Shown: piece after piece, positions 26,936 through 41,195 of the stretch | Layout of the letters: every line of letters starts with the position of its first letter | How positions within the stretch are numbered: position 1 is the stretch's first letter | Source of the DNA: Octopus vulgaris | Taxonomy: Eukaryota | Length of the DNA stretch: 64,000 bases | Assembly (NCBI GenBank): GCA_951406725.2 | Contig: OX597815.1 | Location: forward strand, 89,962,001 to 90,026,000 | Direction: 5' to 3' | Program-made: the position numbers and the translations under genes | The notes under the pieces: generated by a model | Database searches by the model: none | What the model was told of the DNA's origin: nothing | What the model saw: the letters and a program-made list of their open reading frames with translations, nothing else

Positions 26936-27670
26936 ATGTATATATGTATATATATTTATGGATGTATATGGATCTTGTATCTTTCCTGAAAGTGAGAACG
27001 TAAAATGATGTATGAACCATAGTAATGTATAGGATATGTCATAAAATATCATACAGTAGAGAAAGATAAGGGTGGGTAAACCTAGTTACCAGTTACCAAC
27101 ACGTGAATTCGCCATGTTAGAATTTCAGTTTATTGTTGCTACTTAAACTATCATTGTCGCTACAAACTACTGGTCATGGGACAATGAATGGTTTTCAGAA
27201 AGCGAGTTAAGTCATAATGTTCATTATTAAAGCTATGCGCATCTTTAGATGCTGGAATTCTAACATTTACAAAATAAGAACTAAAGAAGAGTGAAAACTA
27301 GAAAGAATAACAAAAGGCATTGTGAATGGATACGTAAGCAATAAGGAATAAGGAATAAAAGCACGGAGAAAAGAGAAAAATGTGTTAGAGAAGTAAACTG
27401 AAGTGGTGAAAATAAAATATTTCAACATAAAAGAAAGGAAATAACTATAAAAAGAAAGTTAAAAAATCGAGGTTGCTAGCAACTTGAAACAGCATCATGG
27501 TTTCGATAAACTCTTGTAAGATACGTTATATTTCTTAGGTAAGGGAATTTTGGCTATTTCTTTAAAAACATAATAGCTTCTATCCGTGTCCCTAGACGTA
27601 ATCCACAAGTCCCTAAATGGTACTTACAAAGGAACTCCCTCTTTATACCCACTCTCTTTCTTTCTCTCTT

Positions 27671-27708
<38 letters not shown>

Positions 27709-27727
27709 GATGTAATAAATAATATAT

Positions 27728-27889
27728 CGGAGCAGGTTGTGTGGCAGAAAGCTTACTTCCCACCACATGTTTCCGGTTTCAGTTCCACTACACAGCACAA
27801 TCGGCAAGTGCCTTCTACCATAGTCTCGAGTCGACTAAAGTCTTCTGAGTGGATATGGCAGACAGAAACTGAAAGAAGTCCATCGTATA
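27728..27889 (+). mobile_element. 5' half of a tRNA-derived SINE split by a Penelope insertion
   Basis: Matches 33184-33350 up to gaaactgaaagaag.c..tcgtata, where the internal (TA)n normally starts. Confidence 0.8.
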
Positions 27890-30540
27890 AGACAAGACAA
27901 TACCTACTGCGAAAAAATCGACAACTATAGTCAATCCAAAATAATGCAAAGCCCTTATCTATCAGTTCCAATAAGATTTACCTGAGGAGAGGTTTAACTT
28001 AACTAGATTTGACTACAAAACAAGTAACCTTATGTGCTCCCCAAATTCCAAAGAACGGAAGCCATAAAGGGAGTCTGCAGCAGTTGATTTGTTTAGTCAT
28101 AAATATTCCACATCCGAGAAATTTCAAAATGAGGCCAATTGTGGACGGTCCATCCTGTGAGACACAGACTCAGTAACTTTATTGACGTCCTCCTAAAACC
28201 TGCTTTCCTGCATATACCAATTTCGCAAGGGATGGCGTGGACATATTTACACCATCTCTGGAGCAAAACCAGCAAGAAATCCCTTCTGGTCTCACTCGAT
28301 GTAATAAACCTCTACATCTCGATGCCTCACGAATACGGAACAGAAGCTGTACAATACTGACGGAAAAAATTCCCAAATGACATTCCTGACCGATTTGGAA
28401 GAGGATTTACCATTGAGAGATAACAAGTCATCCTACAGAACAACTTATTCAAATTCAACGAGAACACCAACAGACAAAAATCGGGGACTGCGATAGGAAT
28501 GAGGGTAGCCCCTACTTTCGCTAACCTTGTCATAGCATACTTGGAAGTCCAAATATATGAACACTCTAGACTCAAATTTGGAGACAACTTCCAAAAATAC
28601 TTATTTGCCAACTTGAAATGCTACCTGAACGATTGTTTCATTCTGTGGTCACATAAGCTTGAGCAACTCTTAGAATTTAAAAACTTAATCAACAACATTA
28701 ACCACAGAATCCATTTTACAATGGAATACAGTGACAAACAGCTACCCTTTCTGGACACGTTAATCTTAAAAAGAGACATTAGCATTGAAGCCGTCATCTG
28801 TTTTGAACCAACAGACTCGAAACAATATCGAGTGTTATTTTCCTGCTACCCAAAGCATACTAACAACAATAAACCTTTCAATTTGGCAAGAAGAATTTGC
28901 ACGATTGCATCAAATCCCGAAACTCGATATAGACGACACCAAGAACTTAAAAATATATTTCTAGAAAGAAAGTACCTTGTTAATTTAATCAAAGATGGAA
29001 TAAAACATATAAAAACACTAAAAATCCAAGAGTTACTAAAAACATGAAAACACCATGACACACTTAAAAACCTTGTCTCACGTATCAACACACAATCCAA
29101 AGAACGTGGAAGCAAACAACATTATTCATCAGAATATACCCCTCCTGCTGAACGACCTGCGAGGGAAAAAAGCACTTGAAGAACATGGAATTATTAAAAG
29201 TAAAAGCCAACACAAATCTCTAAAAAGGTTACTTACCAGCGCCAAATTACCCACCAAAAATACAAACCCACCAGTCAAAAAGTGCGACCACTCCAAAAGC
29301 GGTATTTGCATCAACCTTTTGGAAGTTTCAAGTCAAGTCAAATATTGATCATAAAAAGTCACTTCACCCGTGCATCGTAAAATGGTGGGTGTAGTGGGGG
29401 CTGTATCGGTCTAGCTAGCTTGACCTTGAGAGACAGACCCACGGTATACAGGCAGCAGATCTGGGAACCCACCACCAGGAAAATTCCCGCAAACAAACGC
29501 TTAGCTCATAAATCCGAAATACCAAATTTTCCGTCTCTATCAAAGCACCGGAAACACTTCAACCTAATTCCAACTGAATAGTCAAAAGGATGCACATTAA
29601 AAAATAGAAACCTCAACTAAATATCCTATAATAACACGCTAGAAAGAGAAACCCAAATTTTTCCGCGAAAAACGACCAGATACAACAAATATAATTCGAA
29701 AGCTTTAAATAACAGGCTCCCCCAGGGATTCGAAAACCCAACTCCAAATTACTATACAATAACAGCATGCACTTCAAAGACTAGTTGCTGACGTCACATA
29801 CGACAAAAACAATGAATTTTTCCTCTTGTCAGACCAGACCCTAAGAAAAAAGAAAACAGTGACTTCTTAAAGAAACCAACCAGCCAGAACGTTAGACGAC
29901 CATCAAGCAAAAACAATTTACCGAATCCCTACAAGGAAGTCAACCAAGAAGAACGCTGAATGTTACCGAAACAAAAATATTTTGTCGAAAACGGGAAATA
30001 TTTTTGATCAAAATAAAGTGAGATCACAAAATCTACAACCAATCAAAACTTGTTCCTTGACCGTGGTCATCACCAGAAAGCCAACCGACCAAAACATTAA
30101 ACTTTTCCAAAACTAAAATATTTTAACCAAAGCATCCACGAGAAAAGAATAAGACGTCAACAAAATCATAACCAATCAAATATTAGATCCTTTTTCGCAA
30201 AAACATATATATACTAAAAGGTTGAACACAATGTATTTCAACAAGCCCTGAAAGGTGAAGAAACCAGTGCACTGAGACTGAAATTGAAAAGAACTACACG
30301 CACCACGAAAGAAAGTGTAAAATAATCATTTTTTCTTTCTCGCCACCTTTTTCTTTTTCTTCTCTACTTATTTTATAAGAACACAATATGACTGAACTTT
30401 TAATAATGTACATTTGTTCTGATGTTCACTGAACATCAACACTGATATTGATATCGATCCTTGCGAAACGCATTGAAAATTCTGTGAATATTCGAACCTT
30501 TGATGGTTTAAACATGTAATTTTTAACTCTCCTGAACCCT
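27890..30540 (+). mobile_element. Penelope-like element (Neptune-like: RT, Cys linker, GIY-YIG), decayed
   Basis: RHRLSNFIDVLLKP; LVSLDVINLYISMPHEYG; GTAIGMRVAPTFANL; CYLNDCFILW; LPFLD; EPTDSKQY; KKCDHSKSGICINL; decayed GIY-YIG at ~29350-29630; long A/C-rich 3' region ending at (TA)n. Confidence 0.9.
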
Positions 30541-30585
<45 letters not shown>

Positions 30586-30705
30586 CATTTGTACCATTGA
30601 TAGCTAAAAAATTGTCGAAACTAGTTTGATATGTGAATAAATCTGTTTAAAAGCGACTACATGTTTTTCAATTCAGGCGTATTTTCAAATCCCAAAATAG
30701 TCTTA

Positions 30706-30733
30706 AGTGTGTGTGTGTGTGTGCGCGTGTGTA

Positions 30734-30779
<46 letters not shown>

Positions 30780-31010
30780 CGTGCGTGCTCATGTGTGCTT
30801 TCTTTGTGCTTGTCCCTCACCATCGGTTGACAGCTAGTGCTAATATGTTTACGTCCCGGTAACGTAGTGGTTCGGAAAAAGAGACCGATAGGGCAAGAAG
30901 TAGGCTTTAAAAATAGTCTTGGGCTCAATTTGTTCGACTAAAACCCTTCAAAGTGGTGCCCCCCCCCCCCCATGGCTGCAGTCAAATAACTGAAATAAAT
31001 AAAAGATAAA
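30706..31010 (+). mobile_element. 3' half of the split SINE
   Basis: (GT)n then tgtttacgtcccggtaacgtagtggttcggaaaaagagaccgatag...catggctgcagtcaaataactgaaa, matching 33390-33575. Confidence 0.85.
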
Positions 31011-31029
31011 ATATATATATATATTTACC

Positions 31030-31690
31030 GAATGTGATTCTTGTGTTTTTTCTTTTGCTGTTCTTTTATTTCAACCACAGCTAGCAGGTGAACAATAGAT
31101 CTGATGGCCAGATCAACTTGCTTCAATGAACAACCCGCTGACGTTAGTACGGAATTCAATGGAAAACGACACCGACTTACCAGAAGTGTACGATGAAGCT
31201 TTCCCGCCTCTCAATCATGGAGAAAGAGAGGGGGCAAGAAAACCCCAGTTGATACAAAACAAACTACACGTAGTTAGAATTCTACCATCATCCAAACCAA
31301 TGATTTACAACCGAAAACTACAAGAAATGAAAGACGTGGCTTTGCTTTTGCAACCGAAATCAACCAGGAGACTATAAACCTGGACATGGAGAACTTGTTA
31401 CAGAGATGTGGCACGAGCATAAACCTAACGCCTCCCACCGAGATAATGCAACAGACAATATGGAAAAACTATAATTTTTAAAACTCTGTCACTCAAAACA
31501 AAAAAGAATAGAACATTTGCCAACAGAAAGTATTGAAAAAGGGCAACAGTGCATATGGGGTAAAACAACTTATGTAGTAGGGGTGGATACGGTGCTGTGG
31601 AAGTAACATTCGCTTCTGAAGAAGAAGAAAGGAACACTCCGCAGTGCCTTTGAAGACAAACGAGTTGGTGCTGCTACCCACGTACATAAA
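31030..31690 (+). mobile_element. 5' end/ORF1 fragment of a non-LTR retrotransposon (Tx1/L1-like)
   Basis: MENDTDLPEVYDEAFPPL...[12 protein letters not shown]...[30 protein letters not shown] (frameshifted), resembling RRM-type ORF1; family call from recollection only. Confidence 0.45.
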
Positions 31691-31810
31691 AATATCGTCT
31701 AATGGTCCGGATCTTTTGTTGCCGCCTGTTACATTCTTGTTCCATCTTTTGTCTTCTTTTCTATGTATACTTATAGCGGCGTACGTACACTTTTGGTCTC
31801 CTGTATGTAA

Positions 31811-32680
<870 letters not shown>

Positions 32681-32899
32681 ATATATATATATATATATGC
32701 ATATATGAAAGCGGAATGAATGTAAAAGTACATTTAGCAAGATATATTGTAAACAATTTAAAATTATTTACGAATATACCAGTGGCTTTATAGCAGTTTG
32801 ACAGCTATTTCTAGGCATAACTGTGGTTTAATAGTTTAAAACTAATACATCTGTTTTAGCTTACACACCCCTCTTCATCTATTGTTTTTTTGTAAATTC

Positions 32900-32959
<60 letters not shown>

Positions 32960-32961
<2 letters not shown>

Positions 32962-33167
32962 AGATGCAGCACGGACTTTGTCAGTGAACAGGTCACGGAT
33001 TTTAGCGACGAAAATATTTTGACAAATTAAACTTAAATGCTGAAGTGAATCGAACGGCTTTTGTGTGTTTCTTAAATGGCTTATAAACACCTTCTACGCT
33101 GCAATTGTTTTCGTTTCAGCACACGATCTCAGATCAAATTACTTGCTATGCGAGTACATCTCCGTAA
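32960..33167. mobile_element. ~210-bp MITE-like repeat, copy 2, inside (TA)n
   Basis: Homologous to 15190-15403; (TA)n on both sides. Confidence 0.75.
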
Positions 33168-33183
33168 TATATATATATATATA

Positions 33184-33595
33184 GGCGCAGGGGTGGCTGT
33201 GTGGTAAGTAGCTTGCTAACCAACCACATGGTTCCGGGTTCAGTCCCACTGCGTGGCATCTTGGGCAAGTGTCTTCTGCTATAGCCCCGGGCCGACCAAT
33301 GCCTTGTGAGTGGATTTGGTAGACGGAAACTGAAAGAAGCCTGTCGTATATATATATATGTATGTGTGTGTGTTTGTGTGTCTGTGTTTGTTCCCCTAGC
33401 ATTGCTTGACAACCGATGCTGGTGTGTTTACGTCCCCGTCACTTAGCGGTTCGGCAAAAAGAGACCGATAGAATAAGTACTGGGCTTACAAAAAGAATGA
33501 GTCCCGGGGTCAAGTTGCTCAACTAAAAGGCGGTGCTCCAGCATGGCCGCAGTCAAATGACTGAAACAAGTAAAAGAAAGAAAAGAAAGAAAGAA
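33184..33595 (+). mobile_element. Full-length tRNA-derived SINE (octopus OR/OK-like)
   Basis: A box tggctgtgtgg, B box ggttcagtccc, CORE-like cttgggcaagtg, internal TA/GT microsatellite and (AAAG)n tail; several copies in the window. Confidence 0.9.
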
Positions 33596-33614
33596 TATAC
33601 ATATATATATATAC

Positions 33615-33678
<64 letters not shown>

Positions 33679-36444
33679 ATATTTCGGAATGGTCATATTG
33701 CCAGTTTAGCCAATAAAAAATCTTGCACAACAAATATTTAAACGTATATATATATATATATATATACATATATACAATATATACACAGACATACTCTCAT
33801 GTTGCTACGTCACAATAGTTGTAGCACCTGCTGCTACAACTAGATCTACTCAAATATTTTATTACCCAAATGTGATTGAGAGAATCTCATGAAACGCTTT
33901 ATTGCTTATTGTGTTCTTTTACATATGTCTCTGTTCTTCGACTAATTATAATATGCCCCAGAGCAATATGTGTAATATCTGTAGCTATGGTATGCGATAT
34001 AAGTGCTTGTTTTTGTGTGTGAAAATAATTGTTCTGATTGTAGTTTAGTGGAATTTTGCTGCGAATTGTATTTATTAACACAAACCTTTGTCCCAATCAA
34101 ATAGACATTCTATAGAGGTAATTAAATTTGGAGTCCTGTATTTGTAAGCATAAATTGCGACACATTGTTAATCCTTTCTTACTTTGCTTAAGAATATAGA
34201 ATGCTATATGAAACAGAGATAGCTGTTGTTTCTAGCAGGATGACCAACTAATGAAACCCTAAATTCATTATCAGCTTTATATCAATAGTGTTTCGTTTTG
34301 TTTCTAATCAAGAATCATAACAGTTTCACTTTAAACAATTATTTTAGACTTTAGAACTTGCAAATTTAAATGAAATATACTTTATTACGCTTCAAATCCG
34401 CTCCCATTTTAGGCACGTACAATTACTCTACCAACACCGCATTTAATTTTACATTCAAATGCACACACTAAACTTGTTCTTTCATCACTCTCTTATGTCT
34501 AAATACTCTGAAATTATCTAATCGAGTGAAACTGTAGACGATAAGCATTAAACAAAAGAGTGTAGATGATCACATGTCTCAGAATTAAAATATAGCCACA
34601 GTGATCCAGTATATTTGAAGTTGCGTGAATAATCAATGTTTTATACATATTTTTGTAATGTAACAAAATCTTATGGGGCTGGGCAAAAGTTAGCTAGAAT
34701 TTAAGAAATAGGGAGGGGCAGAAGTAAAGCACCAGGAAATAAAATACTGGTATAATAAAGACGAATGGAGAAGAAATCGAGATGAGGTTAAATTTAATAA
34801 AACGGAAATTTTAAGATCAGCAAGACAGGTTGAAGTGTTATAGAACTGCAAAATTTGACAAAAGAAGTAGTAAATGTGGAAATAATTATTTATTAAGAGA
34901 TTAAGGAGAATACGGTAAGTAAGAAAGAGAAATGGAGAAATAATATAAAAGAAATAATAGCGCAAGTTAAGAAAATAAAGAAATAGGAAAATACCAAACT
35001 GTAACATTAAAATCATGTAGAAATTTGTTTCATCACATTTCGTTGAGGATATCACACTCGTTATTTAAACGTCTTGTAAAGTTTCAATTTCATATTTGAG
35101 TAATAATAGTTTATCCCAAAGCCACAACTCCACTGTTTCCCGAAGCCACATAATTTCCACTGTCTCAAATTTCTCAAATAACTACCATAATATATAAAAC
35201 TGACCTAACTTAAAGCAAAATGTTTTACATGAAACTTTTTAAGACCATAAATATAGTGCAGATGCCAGTAATATCAAATTTTGCTTTTATAGACGTAGCC
35301 AACGAAAACACCTCTACGCGGTGGCTCGTCCAGTTAGAAGTAGCAGCTACTTCACCCTTAAATCAAACTGTACCATCTTCTAATCTACATGAGAAGGTCA
35401 CAGCTACATAGTCTTTGAACATATGTTTGTACAATCCGAGCTAACTTATTTAAAATAAGAGAAATATTCAAAATAAAATTCTTTTTAAACCTTCCCACCA
35501 TCTCTGCGCTATAAATTTTGATGTTGACAAAATGCGGAATACGTGTATAAAGATTTAAAAGGGAACTACATAGAGACTGAAACAATGAGAAAGAGTGAGC
35601 TATATCTTACTCTTTCATAGAAATTGAGGTTCTGAAAGAAATGCAGCGAAAGTTGTATGAGAAAATATGTACAAAGTAAATATAAGCAAAATATCGTGCC
35701 TACATTTTTCGTCAAGATAAGTAGAAGGGAATTTGCCTATCACATAGTTTATTGCATCAGCAACAGGTAAATATGGTTCGACTAGCTAGGGAATGATTGC
35801 TCCTTGCACACATAAATATATTAATGTGTGCAAGTTGCCAGTTTCAATTTATTCATTTCTTCACGAAAGCTAACTATATCCATTTTGAAGATATGCGTGT
35901 ACGTTTTATTTGTTAATGCAGTTATTGTCTTTGAATATTATCTCATATATTCAACTTTGTCAGATGATGACACACTATTGAGTGTTACAATTCAGCAATA
36001 AATAAACACTTCAGATTACAGTAGATCAGAAGATCTCAAACCAACACGTAATACAATACAAATTTGAATAATATTCCCCTCGTTTTATTCGAGTATTACA
36101 CTCACTTAAAATCAAATACACCGAATAAACAATAATAGGAAACCCTTCCTTATAGATAGTCCTTTGATAAAGAATGACTTGGTAGAAATAACTTGGAAAT
36201 TATCTCTGCTTATAAAGGTTTGCTAAGGTCTAGCCAATTTGTTAGAGTTTCACAGTTTGGCTATTTACACCTAACTTACCCCAATTTGACAATGGACTTC
36301 ATCCTGGCCTTACACTGCAGCATGCAAAACTGATAGTTTACCTGTTAAAATTTATAATGCAGTGTAGGTAACACTGCCCAATAATAATATTATTTCATAA
36401 TATATTCATAATATAGGCACAATTTTTAAGAAAACCTTAATTTC

Positions 36445-36851
36445 TTAACATGGAACATATTTATCAACAGCAACATAAACATGTAACTAGTTTGATACGT
36501 GCCAACGTACCTAATTCTCGGACCTTGAGTCACTCTGTTAATTCTGCTAAATATTAATAAAAATATACACTCATATCTTGAGTTCTATTTCTCCAACATA
36601 CCTATTCTTCGCTCCAAGGCCTTAATGAGTTTTATCAACACACTCAAATGTCAGCATGGAGAATTATCATCTGCCTTACTCAAGGAAAAATACCTCCAAA
36701 GAAAATATATCTGAAAAAGCTGATTGAGAAAACGGAACATGTTTGTTTATCATCAGCTATATAAACATGCAGATCTTCAACCTATAACAAAATTGATTAG
36801 TGCCAACGCACCAAACTCTTGGAACTTGTGTCATTCTGTTGTTTCCGCTAA

Positions 36852-36856
<5 letters not shown>
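36445..36856. repeat. Diverged direct repeat with ~300-bp period
   Basis: ggaacat..tttatca.cagc...taaacatg...gtgccaacg.acc.aa.tct..gga.cttg.gtca.tctgtt...gctaaat at ~36450 and ~36735. Confidence 0.7.
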
Positions 36857-36886
<30 letters not shown>

Positions 36887-37699
36887 TACACACATAGTCC
36901 GTAATTCATTTATCTGATAAAGGAGCACACTCTGAGACAGGAGAACAGTAATATATTTATGGAAGTTTGATTGCTATGGTAGTTCAGAGTGTCACTATTA
37001 GTTACACACCTATAAAATGCTTAGCTATATGGGTCTCAGTCTGACAAGTCTCCAACATAGTTAAGCCTTTTATATGTACGAAACCAATGGTTACTCTCTG
37101 ACGTGCTGTAACAATCAACCTTCTATCAATGTATATATATGTATCATATGCAAATAATCATGCATTCATACATACACATGCGCACGCATACACACGCGCA
37201 CATACGTGCGTGCACACACACATATATCAATGAATTATCTGCTATTTCAATATATTTTGAAGTATTATAGGAATTTTATGACCAAGTTTATGCTGAAGAA
37301 AATAATCTCGTGAGCTTCACATAATTTCAGTTTTAATGTATTAAAGAAAAGTCTAAATTTCTCATTGAAGTTTGTAATTCTATCATTTCTCGATGAATCA
37401 ACGGAAATTTACACACATACACACACAGGCACACAAACACATACACATACACACACAGACACACACACATGTACAGACACATGTATTAATCTCAGGTTAC
37501 TCTTCTTTGCAGATTGCATCTCAAGAGAGATGAAAGGCACAAGTGTAAAGTGACTACATTTTGCATTGTTCTTAAGTTTACAAGACAATCTCTACATCAT
37601 AAGTCTGGAAATGTTGCAAAGTAGAATTCAGTTGGACAATTGTTCATGGAACTTGTAGTTGCATGAAACAGTGATTTTGAAAGCCATCAGGGTGAACGA

Positions 37700-38800
37700 A
37701 AACTGACCGTATTACTATAATGGAATTATATTCATACAATATCCTGTTGTCTTATTCATTTCATTCAATTTGGATGTTGAATTTTTCTCCTGTATTGAAA
37801 AGATTTATACACGCCAATAATCGTGTCTCTTCGATATGGTTATTTTAGTTGCGTGCGCATTTATTGTTCCTCATTTCGGTAAGCGTGTCAATCGTTATTT
37901 ATCTACATTTTCATGCTGAAAGCATAAATAATTTCGCATGTCACTGCTTTAAATTGTCTAAGCAGAGAATTCTTCTGTTCCATCATAAACTCAAATCATT
38001 CTAAGATCTTTGTTCGAGAAGAAACATACTCCACTGATGATATTTATTATGACACAATCTTTTCTCCTGTTTTCCGTGCATTTAACAAAGATTTCACTCT
38101 TTCTGCTGCATTATGTTATGATAACAGAGTTTCCTTTTTTAATGAAAAACAAATAGTCTTCGGGGCTGTTTGTTTAGTTCCCCTCACTCATAATTTATTC
38201 ATATCCAGTAACCTGTTGGATACATTAGCATGTATTTATTAGGTAAAGAAATCAGTAAAATGTATTTCATAGTCGTTTTCAACACACTCCCAGTTCCATC
38301 TCTCATAATGCTTTTTCTTCATCTAGCTCCTATTTGTTTTAGCAACGACCTAGTTGAAAAAGATTATGTAAAGCTTGTACATTACGTTGGAAAAAGTGGT
38401 GTTTTCTGGCTAGTGGCGACTTCATTTTTGGCTACAAGATCACCCAATCATATTCATTTAACACTTACTAATTATTAAATATCTACCTGGTATTGTTTCA
38501 CTAAGAATGTTCTCCAAATTCTTACTGAACACCGCAAAGGTTTTGATGTGGTTTATTTTTGATATTGGTACAGAATTCCTTTCTAACTGTTCATCTCTCG
38601 TTTTTATTAACTCTTTCGATTTTATTTCGATTGAATGGTTTTAAATATTTACGAGACTTGGGTTCATCTTACGGAAATGCACTTTTCGTTTCATTATCCG
38701 CGATACAGATTCGAAGGCCGAAATAAACTCATGGTTAATAATGATTCCAAGGCAATGTTTCTTTTTTTGTATATGAATTACTCGCGTAACAGTTACTGTT
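37700..38800 (-). mobile_element. Very decayed R4/Dong-type LINE RT
   Basis: NILSETIPGRYLII (cf. KLHNGKVPGKDLI) and LVAKNEVATSQK..NVMYKLY, homologous to 10900-11200. Confidence 0.5.
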
Positions 38801-39149
38801 TTAAAGTTTTCCAGTAAGTATTTTAATAAGTGTGAGTTCTTTTCAAAAATCCTTTATTTTCGTATTTTAATACTTAATTCTCCGCCTAGGATTTGACATT
38901 CTATATTAGTTTTCTTAACCAGGCAAGTTACTGAGATGGATAATTACACTGGTACATGCTCTGGAATAATCACAAAGGCTCTGATTCAGGAAGACATTCA
39001 TTGATTTTTCAATTATTATATGTTTGTTACAATCACTCGCCGGGACACACCCACTGTCCTAGGACGAGTGGTGGGCTAGAGATTTTGCAGTATGACTGAA
39101 AGCTTGTGGGGGGTGGGGAGCGGCAGGAGGAGTAGCGAAATATCTTCAT

Positions 39150-39420
39150 GTAAAAGGACATATATGTTTAAACTAGTAGCGTTTTTCTAAGGATGTGGGC
39201 AGTACTTGTTAGCACAACCTTTTGGATTTTCTGAGACATGGTTCTTCTGGGATATTATCTAGATGTTTCTGACATCCCTTTCTTATCATACCTAGAGTAC
39301 CAACAATACCAGGTACAGTTCTCACATTAAGATGTCACATGTTTTGTATTTAAATTTCCAGGACCTTATATTTACTTGAATTCCTTTAAAAATATATTCT
39401 TATCAGTGGGAACACATCTA
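39150..39420 (-). mobile_element. R4/Dong-type LINE C-terminus (second family)
   Basis: FPTDKNIFLKEF.SKYKVLEI*IQNM*HLNVRTVPGIVGTLGMIRKG...IQKVVLTSTAHILRKTL. Confidence 0.8.
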
Positions 39421-40035
39421 TTAGTCTACAAGTATTTTCTTGCCTGTCTTTAATAACTGTCTTATTTTTCGAGCACCTTCAGGAGTATTCGAGCGGTTCC
39501 AAGCATTTTTCTGCAAGTGCTCTACACCTATTGCAGCACATATTTGTTCCACGTTCTTCTCGAGATTTTTGTTCACTGTTGCCAGGTCTCCGACAATTAT
39601 TGGTACTACTTCTACCTGTTTCATCGGCCAAAACTGTTTAACTTCCCAAGCTAACCTGTCATATCCCTCAACTTTTCTTTCTTCCTTATAGTTGTCAGCT
39701 GGACATGTTATATCTATGATCCAGCAGAGATTGTTTTCTTTCTCAAATAAGACTATGTCCGGCTTCTTATTCTCTGTCTGATGGTCGCACTGAATCATAA
39801 AATCCCATAGAATCTTTGCATTTCTATTTTCGACGATGCCTTCAGGTTTATGGTCGTAGCAATGTTTTACTCTGTCAAGTCCATACTTGTTGCAGTGTTC
39901 AATGGACAAGCCTGGCTATATTGTCGTAGTGTCTCTTATATTCATTCTGGGCTAATGGCGTGCATTGGCTGGTAATATGCCATACGGTTTCACAGTTTTG
40001 TCCACATATTCTGCACTTATCACTCTCTGCTGTGT
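39421..40035 (-). mobile_element. R4/Dong-type LINE: CCHC knuckle plus RLE endonuclease
   Basis: CRICGQNCETVWHITSQC (CX2CX8HX4C), then ORF 39421-39909 KILWDFMIQCDH...KKPDIVL..IIDITCP..VVPIIVG. Confidence 0.9.
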
Positions 40036-40051
40036 TGTATATTCTATATAT

Positions 40052-40152
<101 letters not shown>

Positions 40153-41083
40153 ATGCATGTATGTATGACTGTATGTATGTATTCTACCAGTAATTAGAAA
40201 TAGAACAGGTTGAGTTTTTTCGTTTCAAGTACAAGTGCAGCACTCTCATTGCCACTGGTAGTAGTAAACAAATTTGACCTCTGCTGACGATACTTTTATC
40301 TCTATGGCTGACCTCCCCACCATCTGCCGAATTTATTTATAGACCTGTAGATTTGATCTTTTCAACAAGCTCCTACTCTTCCCCAACTATTTCCTCCAAC
40401 AACCACATATTTATGGTTAAGCCAAAAGTTGAAAATAAAGAACATGTAATAAAATCATTTAATAATAAATGGAAATAGTAATAATGATAATAACAACATT
40501 AGTGTTGGTGATGGTGATAATGATAAAAATTAAAATAATGTGGTGCAGTTGCTAATACTACAACTACTTCTACTCTGATAGCACTGGAAATTGAGGCTCA
40601 ACTACCAATACTACTACCACTACTCCCACTCCTACAATTGTTGCTGTTCCTGCCACCACTGCCCCTACAACACATAGATACAACAATTACAACAATAAAG
40701 GCAGTAATTGATAACATCAATAAAAGACTGAAGAAGAACCTGTTCACCGAAGAAGATTACAAGTGAGCAATGGACTCTCTAGAAGAAGGCCAGACCAAAT
40801 AGTATAATTTTCTATGCGGCTATCCATGTGAACATCGCTGGAAATTGGTGCCACCCCTGCCCTGCATAGGCCTCTGTAACCTCTGAGTCTGTTAATATAA
40901 CAATGAAAAATAGTGATAATTAAAAACAATAATACCAGTGATATCAGTGATAATAATAATAATAATGCAAGGAAACGGGGGGAGTCCCTCCATGTCCTGA
41001 TTAATGATGCATCTATTGATGGTGTTACAATAAAAACACTGGTAATTTCGCAACCTGATAATCGAGTGACAATGAAAAAAAAA

Positions 41084-41090
41084 ATTATTA

Positions 41091-41163
<73 letters not shown>

Positions 41164-41195
41164 CATCATCATTATTATTAAAATTATTATTATTT
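41084..41195. repeat. (TTA)n microsatellite abutting a putative LINE 3' UTR (41196-41300, minus)
   Basis: Repeat directly visible; Dong elements are known to target (TAA)n. Confidence 0.85.

Noticed and set aside
33184-33260. tRNA-like sequence with A and B boxes
   Set aside because: No complete cloverleaf; it is the head of a multi-copy SINE.
35499-35576. Possible 78-nt symmetric minus-strand exon after a strong acceptor (tctttctcattgtttcag)
   Set aside because: Weak donor (gtggga), unrecognised peptide and no supporting neighbouring exons.
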